DNA of 64,000 nt from Enoplolaimus lenunculus. Its lineage: Eukaryota. Both the position numbers and the translations under genes were made by a program. Numbering within the stretch: position 1 is the first letter of the stretch; every line of letters starts with the position of its first letter. The stretch covers positions 310,001 to 374,000 of the forward strand of contig JASANG010003525.1 in the NCBI GenBank assembly GCA_030248215.1, written 5' to 3'. Below the pieces are notes generated by a model, which did no database searches, had not been told where the DNA came from, and saw only the letters and a list, made by a program, of their open reading frames with translations. This document shows, one piece after another, positions 41,037-51,578 of the stretch.

Positions 41037-44000
41037 CTATTCCGCAGCAGCAAGAGCAATCATTGTAAATTGAATTTCACCGGGCTGGTTATCCATAAAT
41101 TTTTTACAAACCACAGACACGTCCTTAAAACAAAGACAAACATTTTAAATACCTAAACGTGAACGAATAACTGAAGTTGTAATCTGGTCTGACAATATTG
41201 ATTTATTTCAAAGATTTTTGCTCGAAAGCTTGCAATCCGAATATTAATTAATGTCGAAAAATCTGAGCCTAAGTCTTTATACTGAAAATCTGTGTCTGGT
41301 TAAAATATTTTCAATGATACAACAGTAATGAAACGTTCAAATGCATTTGGGCAAATCGTGCGAAGTACCACTCAGACTAGCAACGAAACGCAGGTTAAAA
41401 AACCCGGCTCTCTGAATTATAACTGAAAACACTAATTGTAACACTCAAACCGAAATGTATACCTTTAGGAACGTTTCGTCACTAGAAGCGCCGTGTTTCA
41501 CTGGTGCGTCTTTGCGACCATCAAACTCATACAAAGTACCGTCGACTGTGGCAAAGCTCACAAAATGATGGTTTACAGTATCATCTAAGCTTGGAGTCTG
41601 AAAATATGAAAGATTCACTACTTATTCACCTAAGTTGTTTTGAGTGCTTTCAAAACTTTACTTTTCAATATTGTGCCGAGTAAGAAGACAGCTATAACTA
41701 CAAGAAATACAAGAGCTTGCTTGTGGTTGATTTAAGATAACAAACAATGACGTTTAAATTGACACAATTTGGAAACGTTATTAATTAAAATCGATAAACA
41801 AGAACAAAAGTCTTACAGAATTATTTAACGGCTTAAAATTGTTAACGATCAAAATATAAATATGCCTAACTTACTCCAGTTTGTCCTTCCATAGCGCTAT
41901 CGCCATGCGCCGTGCTTAGTGCCTGAAACAACACCTCATAAGTTACTGACCACTTGATCATTAAAATTGATACTATTACATGCGTTATAATTAACAACTG
42001 AAGCTAAATTCAGCATGCTTGCAGCTTGCATAATAAACAATCAGATTATTCAAATGAAACTGATTCAAACACACCTTATCATTCTCTAAAGCTTTGCTTT
42101 TCTCTTCTGCATTCATTGACTTTGTTCGATCATAGAAATCTTTGAACGGTCCCTCTAAAGCAAAAGCACTTACAATTCGCACTGCTATGAAGCAAAGAAT
42201 TTGCATTTTAATATAACTCAAAGCAACAATAATAATTTATAATAAAAATAATAATTTTATTGAACACTTTTCAAGTTTAAAAATTCTTCGAATGGAATAC
42301 GGAGCACCTATTCAAATGCCAGCTATTTATGAGTGTGCAAGCGGCATGTTAATTTTCGATTGCGCATCAATTTGTGTGAAAGTAATCACACCAGAAACAT
42401 TTACAATTTCGAATAATTTATACTTTTTATACTACTGGTATAATAAACTTAGAATTGCAACAAGGTCTGACCACGGCTACGGCCAGAATACGGAGCCTAC
42501 CACTCTCGGCACCCGAACCAACACGTCATATGCCAAAATCTAACCGGAATCAAATTGATCACATTTAAAATACAATTGAATAAGAATTTGTTTCATTTAG
42601 CGTTAGAGTATAAGATCATATCGACTTAGCTTTTTTAGCAACATAAACTGTCCCTGGTAAAAATTTCGGACCATGGGCAATCAAACTATAAAGTGAAACC
42701 GCAATTAGCCATAATACATTGTTCACAATCCACGGACGATTTCAAAGTACAAAATCGGGTACTAACACTCACGTTCACGTTATGGCATCCCACCTTGTGT
42801 AAATTCCGATTTACATCGAACTGTCAAATTTTCAGGGAAGCACACACTTTACAAATAACACTCAGAATGATTTGAAGCAGTGCTGCAAAAATCAAAACTA
42901 AAATTTTGCTATATATAAAAATGTCTGGGCATACCACAAGCTAGCTTGTTCATATTGTTGGCAAGTGCGTGTACAAGAGCAATTGTGCCACACGCGTTTC
43001 GAATGCGTTGTTTCATAAAATAAACGCTATCTGGAACTTCGCCGCACGCATCACCACTTGACTTCTTAAATCAAAATAAAGAAAACAATAATACAATAAC
43101 AATATAAAGCTAAAATCCATAACACAATTGTATATTTTGGTTTTAGCTTCAAAATCAACGTGTTACAATTTATATTGATGAACGGAGAATTATGGCTAAT
43201 TACAAGCATACGTAGAATTTCTGAATTGAGTGCCATTAATTTTATCTTATATAAAATGGACTAGTATTTACTGTCCAACCTGGACCATAAGCAAAATTTT
43301 TACTGGGGAAAGTTCTCCTACTCAAAGAACTTTATCATGCGCAACTTTTCCGTCAGGTGTTATATAGACTGAAACATAACTGCGGCCATTATAAACCTCA
43401 ATGCAGATACACGTTCTACATTGTTTTGTTTTCATACAAATTTATGGCTTCGAATATATGAAGTGAGTATATTCATACCATATATATGACAAACATATAT
43501 TGCTGATTTCTGTCAGTTGCGTAATTTTGAGCCCTACTCAAAATGTAAAAACAGTGGGCTCGTTCCGGTAAATTGTAATTCCGGTAGCACCCAGACAGCA
43601 ACACTTACATACCTCTAGCGCGCCGAATTACTAATAAGACTTACGTTTTCCGCTTCACATGGAAACAAAAGAAACATTGCAATCACCGGCTTTGGAATCA
43701 TTGCAAGCAATTCATCGTCAACGCCATACACATCGTAGCATTTCCATTTTGAAGTTGGAACACCGATTGCCGTCAGATACTGACAATAAGTATATAAACA
43801 ATCAGGGCATAACCTAAAGATGGCACGGACATCGTCCGGAAATTTTTCTAAGATTTAAAAAAGTTGGAGCCCACCTAATCAAAAATTTTCATGTAAAAAA
43901 TTTTCTTTAATTTCTCTAGTAGGCACAGGTACGGTCTTGTAGATTTCAAACCTCTGAACGGTGACGTAGCGGAGAAATTGAAGAAGGTCACTCGGGCTGG

Positions 44001-45087
44001 TTCCTGCACCATAACAGCGACGAAATTCGCTGATTGAATAAGGGCGAGGCATCCGAAAATTTACTCGTAACCTCTGGCAATAACCAAACAAGCATGATGC
44101 GCAAAATAACGCTCATGCATGTACGTTAAACATAGCATACAGCTTTTAGGAAACCAGAACTAAGCCAATGTATGAAATTATACGGCTTCGAACTTCAAAT
44201 AACGCGATTACAAGTATATAAACAATTTGAATTAGTAGCAGACCGAAGCCATGTAATGACAATAAACTTCTAATATAAACAGATAATATCGGTAGTTCAC
44301 TCACAACAGTTTACCTTGTTTATCACCTGAAACAAAAAATATATGCAATTATTAAAAGCCAGTAAATTTGCAGAAAACAAAACAAACAGAACGAAATTAA
44401 ATTTATATAATGTGTGCAGTGTGCAACGGAAAAATGAAAAATACATACCACCGAAAATTCATTTTAATTTTCTTTTTGCAAAATAACTGGTAAAATAACC
44501 TGTAGTTTCAGAAAGATAATCACTTTATCTGCTGTATTTTAGATTTTCATAATCCGTGGAAGCGAAATCTACCTTCGATGGTTTATTTTCGGCGATTGTC
44601 AAGGTTTACATACCATACGAATAGAAATCTACTTAATTTCTAGTCGAACCGGGATTCCGGTTGTACCCTGAATGTGTGTAAGTGTGCTACAAATTCATGT
44701 GAAAAATGATTTTGCTTGTTTTATATACGTACATAGTAAAATGTGGTGTTCTGAAAATCTATGTATACCTTAGCTATTACAAAAACAATTAGTGTCGTAT
44801 TAAAACAACTACTTAAATCAGAACTTAAGTATATAAACAAATGTATTACTTAGGTTGTACGGTAACGGCATATATACACACCAGGAAAAATTGCTACAGC
44901 TGGTTGCAAACACATGAGCAGCAACTAAATTTAAATAGTTTTTAACAACTTTCCAATTTAAAACTAATCGCATCTGCGACGGGACTAATGTTTAATAGCA
45001 CATTAGCACAAGATATCAATTTACAAGAACAAGAATATATCTTACGTCGGGGTTTGACTCCAAAGGTAACCATTGCATTTCAGACAT
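41037..45087 (-). CDS. UCHL3: Ubiquitin C-terminal hydrolase, peptidase C12, UCH-L3/L1 type, 222 aa; exons 45087-45046, 44326-44315, 43779-43645, 43064-42935, 42154-42075, 41922-41875, 41597-41463, 41123-41037
   Basis: Spliced translation gives [20 protein letters not shown]...DVYG...LLFP...[24 protein letters not shown]...EGQT...NHHFV...LYEFDGRK...FTMIAL. Catalytic Q/C/H/D are intact, all junctions are GT-AG and in phase, and there is no UCH37-type C-terminal extension. Confidence 0.95.
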
Positions 45088-45864
45088 GTTTATTTAGCTA
45101 AGCCCGAATTGTGTTGGCACGAGAAAGTTTATAAATACTACGTATTTATTGAGCGAAAACGCCTGCAATAATGCCAATTACACAACAAATTGATCATTCC
45201 GAGTAAAATCTGACAATTCTATTTCGTACATTGCATAATATATACGCAGGCGTCACGAGACTGGGGCCCATGGCCAAATGGTGTCGTGGACAATGCTAAA
45301 AAATGAGATCGTCAAAAACTGAAATATATGATACAAATGAGGTTGTTCGTACTTAGATTAAGTTTTTGTCAAAACCAGCGCTTAAACTTAAATCCGTTAT
45401 AGATTAAGTCTGAAACTGTTTATTATTTAATATATGACTTTCGATATATGTACGTAGTTATGTCTTGACCTTTATTATGATCTGTATTTCGTGTAGGGCG
45501 GCTGAATGAGTTCTTGGTCAGACGTGCAGGATCGGGGTTGGCGACCCCCCATTTTTGTGTGTTGGATCTCATTAAGTCGAACCATGTGGCTGTGATATAA
45601 AACTAGAAAAAAACGAGTGGAGCAAGGCGTTTTTTATTCGATTAGTTTTTAACTACTGGAGATTTGTAAGCACGTGTTGTCTATCATCGCAATTGAAAGT
45701 GTTGTGTGCTTACCGGCAAGCTGAATATAAATGCAGCTGTTTCGACAAATTTATACTGATTAAGAGTAGTTAGAAACGTCTTGTTTTTACTTGCCGGGTG
45801 GTTGGTGGGAACCGACCATTAAAGAAATATAATTAAACCACATCTGTTCGATGTTTTCCCAAAG

Positions 45865-46235
45865 TTGAGGACCCGCCAGGAATTGGGCCCTCTTGCACTC
45901 GAGCCAAACAGTGCCGCCACTACCTACGCCATGTTGTCGATTGATTCCGGTATACGTGCACATATACGCAATCTATGCATTTTCGTTCGTCTTTTTACAG
46001 GCGTTCGGTCCGGACCAAATTAGGGATGTGCCGATTAATCGGCATCGGTAATACCCCCGGTTCGAAGTTTGGCCCAAGGTGAAGGACCACACGGGAATCG
46101 AACTTCAGCCTCTAAACACGCTACCACGACACCATGTAGTTGACTGCAACAACTTTATATTTCGGTATATGTGCACATGCATGGCAATCTATGTTTTTAC
46201 ATTTGGTTCGTTCAGTACTAACTCCGGACCGTATC
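45865..46235 (-). repeat. Two highly degenerate tRNA-headed units
   Basis: Related segments at ~45868-45995 and ~46082-46200, with B-box-like GGGAATCGAAC on + and a shared GGTATA.GTGCACAT..GCAATCTATG flank. Confidence 0.45.
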
Positions 46236-46454
46236 TTTTCGACCAGCTTGCACTTTGGTCGCAGTAAAAAAACTAACGACCTTGGAATGATGTTCAGCAA
46301 AGACTTTAAATCTTATTTTCACATACATACTTTCTGCGAAAAAACATATAATGTGATAAATTTATTATTTTGCATAAAATGGTTTGAGCAACTCAGATAT
46401 TGGCAAATTTGCTGGAATTGGCTAGTTACCTGAAACGATATGTGAGCTCCCTCC

Positions 46455-47059
46455 TGTAAGCATGTGAGACATGCTCGTCCATTATGTGCACATGCAATAT
46501 AGTGCAGTGCACTGTATGTATGCTAGCTGGCAGCATACGGTCGGCATATAGTCGACGAAAAATGCAGTTGGAGAGGCGGGCTAAGTGGCGCAGTGGTAGA
46601 GTGCTCGCTTAAGGATCCGTAGGCTAAGAGTTCGATCCCCGCTCTAGCCCGCTTTTCCAGCTGCTTAGTTGAAAGGTCTGATGTCCCGGTTCCTACCTTG
46701 ACTGACATGGGGGCTACGCCGTGAGCGCAATGGCAAACTGCCGCGCTATGAACACAGTATCCAGTCGAAAATAGGATGAACGGTCAAGGGACGACCTTGT
46801 TGAAAATAAGGGCATGTAAGCATATGAGACATGCTTGTCCGTTATGTGCACATGCAATACAGTGCAGTGCACTGTATGTATGCTAGCTGGCAGCATACGG
46901 TCGGCATATAGTCGACGAAAAATGCAGTTGGAGAGGCGGGCTACGTGGCGCAGTGGTAGAGTGCTCGCTTAAGGATCCATAGGCTAAGAGTTCGATTCCC
47001 GCTCTAGCTCGCTTTTTCAGCTGCTTAGTTGAAAGGTCTGATGTCCCGGTTCCTACCTT
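46455..47059 (+). repeat. Two tandem ~360-bp units, each with a tRNA-like head (46578-46650, 46938-47010)
   Basis: Near-identical sequence at 46455 and 46815 (period 360). A-box TGGCGCAGTGG, B-box GTTCGAT(C/T)CC and a T4/T5 run follow each head; stems are degenerate. Confidence 0.8.
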
Positions 47060-49100
47060 CAAAGTTAAAGTCAAAAGTTTATTCACCGATTAAACATACA
47101 TACGTATTTAAGATACGAATATGAATAGGCAAATAAAATAAGTTGGAAAGAAGGGGCAAACCTCTCTAACATCCAACCGAAATCGATCTATATGGTTAAC
47201 TGTTTATGGCGGTCATACTTCAGAAATTTTTTAAGTGCGTCGCGAGGCAGTCGTCGAAGAAACTGGGCAAGAGAACCTGCTCGGGGAACCGGGAGCCCAT
47301 TTATATTGTTAGGTTAGGCTATTCTAGGAGGAGACAACACCATAGAAGAACGAACCACGACCAGCTAAATTAAAGAACTTCGGAAAATTCAAGCTAAGGC
47401 CGTTTTTCCTGGTGCGAGAAGTTCCAGAAAACTGCAAACAGCTACCTATATGCAGATCAAGTTCCTTAAAAATAAGCTTATGCAACATGGCTAAATCATA
47501 CTTTAGTCGGCGATATTCTAACGATTCAAGCTCAAGTTCCCCTAGCCTAGAACGGTAAGTTTTGTCTCCTAATTTACATTTGAAATAGAGTCTTGTAGTA
47601 AAATAGCGATGTACTTTCTCAATTTTGTCAATATCGCACAGCAAAGCAGGGTTCCATACATTTGAACAATAATCCAATATTGGAATAACAAATACTTATA
47701 CGCAGATATATACTGGGATAGTGAGAAAGACGGGAAGCATCTAAAAAGTATGTTTATTGTCTTGTTCGCTTTATGAGCTATATAATCACAGTGCATAGAA
47801 AATTTCAATGAACGCTCGAAAAGAACTCCGAGATCATTTACCTCATTTGCGCTGGCAAGGACCTCGCTGCCAATACAGTAGCGAACATTCAAAGGTTCGT
47901 TAGCGCAGCCAAAATGCACAACTTTGCATTTAGTCATGGCAATTTTTAATAGCCACGTATTAGCATAATCATGAACGATATCAAACGCATTTTGTAGTGT
48001 CCTCCGAGATTTCAGCGGGTCAGACCTAGTAATTCCTACATATAGTTTCAAATCGTCTGCGTACATCTCAACATGTACATCATGTAAAAGATCAAAAATA
48101 TCATTGATATAAACTAAAAATAATATAGGATCCAATACAGAACCTTGCGGGACGGACCCCAGAAGTAACCGGCTCGCGTGTAGAATAGCAGTCACCGACT
48201 TTAACCCGCTGAGTGCGATTTTGAAGAAACGCGTTTATCCAACGCAAGAGTGAACCACTAAACCCATATGAGGAAAGTTTTATCAAAAGCTTTCTATGAT
48301 TCACAGTGTCAAATGCTTTGGTAAAGTCTACATATAACATCCGCCCCCATGTAGCTACTATTGTTTAGAAAAAGTGCTAGACTGCGGGTTGCCTGGATCA
48401 ACTGACTACAGGTGGATCTTTCAGGCAGAAAAACATATATACTGCTTTTTTGAAAACAGATTGTTATTGTTCAAAAACTATAGCATTTTATCTTTAGCAA
48501 TGCTTTCCATAACCTTACAGCATGCACTGGTCAAGGAAATGGGACGATAATTGGAAACTAGGCTACAAGAATCTTTTTTATATACTGGGACCACGTCGGC
48601 TAGCAACCAATCAGCCGGCAAGGTACCGGAATCAAATGATAACTGAAAAATAAGGGCGAGATAACGCTAGCAGCAGGCCCGAGACACCGTATGATCTTAA
48701 TTTAGCAATAAGCTTACTGTGAACAACAGTATCAAATGCTTTAGCAAAATCTACAAAAACAGCATCAATGCCTAGCATAGTTTTATTGTCAAGACAACAG
48801 GTCACATCGTCAACTATTTGTATGTAGAGCCTGAAGGTTCTCTTTCATTTAACTCAATCTTCGCTTTGTATAACTCGCGCATATATTGTCGTTCGGCTGA
48901 AGACATTGATTTCCTTATGAAGACATTTTTCCAATCTGATGTATCGCGAAGCTTTCGAGATTCATGCAAAATTGATTTCAAACAGGATGCACTAACAAAC
49001 TCTACTTTCAAAAGCCTAACCTCCCTGTAGTCACTGTATCGAGCTGTTTTAACTTCAAAGAAAACCGTAGTTGAAACAAATCATAACAACAGGCCGTCAT
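47060..49100 (-). mobile_element. Decayed CR1/L2-group non-LTR retrotransposon (RT remnants, ORF1-like fragment, 3' UTR with microsatellite tail)
   Basis: Frameshifted RT motifs YRPISLTS, VDFTKAFDTVNH, VPQGSVL.PILFLVYIND, MYADDLKLY, DLGV, DYCSNVWNP, LESLEYRR. ORF1-like segment at 48814-49030. Tail of (TTTGAC)-like repeats at 47060-47076. Confidence 0.88.
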
Positions 49101-49696
49101 TAGAACGACCTGAACTGTGTCTAGAGCGCGGCTAGGTAGGCAGTAAGAACTCTGTTTAGAGCGCGTCTAGGCAGGCAGCAAGCATCCCCGACCCGACACA
49201 CAAATTTTCTCAATAACAGAGCCCAGACTTCCCTCTGTCTAAATTGCCTTTTGCTGCTTAGTGCCAAATTTACAGCGTTTGGCAGAAATTTCGCAATGAG
49301 ACAAGAAAATCCTAGCTATGCCTTTTACCATAAGACTTCAGTCGTAGCTAGTACACCTGAAATTGGCAGGTTTCAGACTTTAAGTACTAAAACTAAAACT
49401 TAAAGTAACAAAAGATCTTAGGAATTTTCACAACAAAGAAGTCTACACTCAGTAGTATTTTTGGTAAAATTGCAGGTTCTGCCTGTTACGAAATCGTGGT
49501 CAGATAATATCGACAAAAGTTGTATTTGAGGTGTTTAACGATCTGGTAACCCCATTATGTATTGCTACTTTTAGTTTATCCGATCGCCAACATTGGCTCT
49601 CTCAGCTTTTCTATGCGTAAATTGACATATAAGCTCAATTTTGGTTCTAATTAAAATTAACTTAAAGTTGTGTACCTTTAAACGGTGTATAAGTTA

Positions 49697-49900
49697 CAGT
49701 CAAAGTCAAAGTTTGTTCACAAAATGCATAATGTATATGAATGTGAATAAAACAAAGGTTGAAATTAAAAAGGAGAAGAAACCTCACTAATATTGAACAC
49801 TAACGTAGATTACGAAACTGAAAACTTCAAAAGATTTCCGCTTCAGCAGATTAATTGACAATGCTAGAAGCCGTCTCATTTTTTAAGCTTTTATGCAGTA
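49697..49900 (-). mobile_element. Second LINE 3'-end remnant related to the CR1-like element
   Basis: Same GTCAAAGTCAAAGTTT.TTCAC tail and similar AT-rich 3' UTR layout as 47060-47180. Confidence 0.45.
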
Positions 49901-50361
49901 GCCTATTTGTAAATGCATAATATACCAATCAATGTGCGTTCTTTAAACCTCTGTGTGTTTTATGCCAAAAAAGTGCGCCCCTTCCCCACAGCTAGTACTG
50001 TATTGTCATAGCTAGAGACGTCATTGCTGTGTAGATTATCGTGCACACGTCAGTAGTTAACATAGTTTATGCGTTCTTTAAACCTCTGTGTGTTGGTGGT
50101 ATATGTTCGCGAGTATGTATATGTCTTAACATTACACACTCTGCACATACACAAGCCGCGTATACGCGTATGCTCACATTCCCCCTTCTTTTGGCGGTCG
50201 CCCCGGACCGCGAATCCAAACTTCTCCGAATCCATGATCCTGCAATTTAAAGCGCCCATATCGGTGAGACCTCCATGTCAGAACTTCACGGTCGGAGCGA
50301 CTCCTTTCTCCGAAGTACTGCGAATATATTTGATTTTTCTCCTAAATTTGTCCGAAAGATA

Positions 50362-50434
50362 TGGCCACGCCGGGAATCGAACCTCGGACCTCTCGCTCGC
50401 GAGTCAAGCGCGCTACCCATTACACCACGCGGCC
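50362..50434 (-). pseudogene. tRNA-like gene, pseudo-tRNA or SINE head (nominal anticodon CGC)
   Basis: 73 nt, GGCCGCGTGGTGTAATGGGTAGCGCGCTTGACTCGCGAGCGAGAGGTCCGAGGTTCGATTCCCGGCGTGGCCA. Full acceptor stem and D stem, but two T-stem mismatches and one anticodon-stem mismatch. Lies between ~84-bp direct repeats at 50095 and 50453. Confidence 0.7.
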
Positions 50435-50959
50435 GATATCCTAATTTCCTCTGGTGGTATATGTGCGCTAGTATGTATATGTCTTAACATTACACACTCT
50501 GCACATACACAAGCCGCGTATACGCGTATACTCACAATACCGTGTTCAAAGCGCAGAAATTTACCATTGCGCTCATGGCGTGTCCCATATGTACTAGGAC
50601 AAGTAAGTCCCATATGCTTGCAAAAATGAAGAAATCGAAAAAATTTTGTTTCTTAAAAATTTTGAGATTGATATTTTTTGATCCGCCACATTGAATTGAA
50701 CACGAAAATATCAAAATTTTTATTTTTTAACTTTTATTAATTTTTGACTGCATAGCGAAGGAGTGCCAAAGGAAATTAATTACACATTGCTTCGAATTTT
50801 TCCATTTGGGGAACCGCTAGGTGATAAACGAATTGAATAAAACTTCACGGAATGTGGTCTAGTTATATTGCAACTTCCCAAGTTGCTGAGAACGAATACG
50901 TATGCTAAAATTTTTGCAAAAATTATATTCCCGGATATTTTAAATTCCTGCAGAAGGAG

Positions 50960-51490
50960 GACCGTGTCAGTTCATGTAGAAACCGGGAGATTATACCTTT
51001 TTACCAAGCAGCTGGAAAAGCTGGTCACGGGTGGTTTCGAACTTGCGACTTACGGATTCCGAGCAAGAGCTCTACCACTGAAACACGTAGCCCGCCTCCA
51101 GCTACTTTTATCGTTGACTAAATATGTCCACCGTATGCCGACGGTAAACATAATCCACAATGTGTGTTGCAGATATAGTACATATGCACCAGGACAAGCA
51201 TATCTCACATGCATACATGCCCAATTCTCAACAAGGTCGTCCCTTGATCGTCCATCGTATTTTCGATTGGATACCGTGTCAATCAAGGATGGAATCGGGA
51301 CTTCAGACCTTTTAAATAAGCATCTGGGTAACCCCAGGCCTGCGGCGCAGGAATCGAACTTCAAGCATGCGGATCCTTAAGTGAACGCTCCACCACTGCA
51401 CCACGCAGCCGGGCCCTCCTACTGCTTTTCTCGCCAAACTGCATTAGTGCACCAGGACAAGCCTGCCTCACGTGCTTACTGACCAAACAT
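50960..51490 (-). repeat. Inverted, diverged copies of the same tRNA-headed unit (heads ~51030-51095 and ~51335-51415)
   Basis: Reverse complement matches 46455-46810, e.g. GGAGGCGGGCTACGTG..CAGTGGTAGAG, CAGCTTTTCCAGCTGCTT, GTCAAGGGACGACCTTGTTGA. Confidence 0.75.
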
Positions 51491-51578
51491 CTTATTTTAA
51501 ACTTTTGCTCCGGTTATACAGCATATATTTTGAGTCAGTAAACACACCAAAACCTTTATTGATTGATACTACAGCATA

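Noticed and set aside
41037..45087. Calling the UCH gene UCH37/UCHL5 because it neighbours Rpn13
   Set aside because: It is 222 aa with UCH-L3-type motifs ([12 protein letters not shown]) and has no C-terminal ULD extension.
46578..47010. Functional tRNA genes
   Set aside because: Anticodon and T stems do not pair; treated as tRNA-derived repeats.
50069..51380. ORFs of 186 and 170 aa
   Set aside because: They run through tRNA-like repeat units and show no protein motifs.
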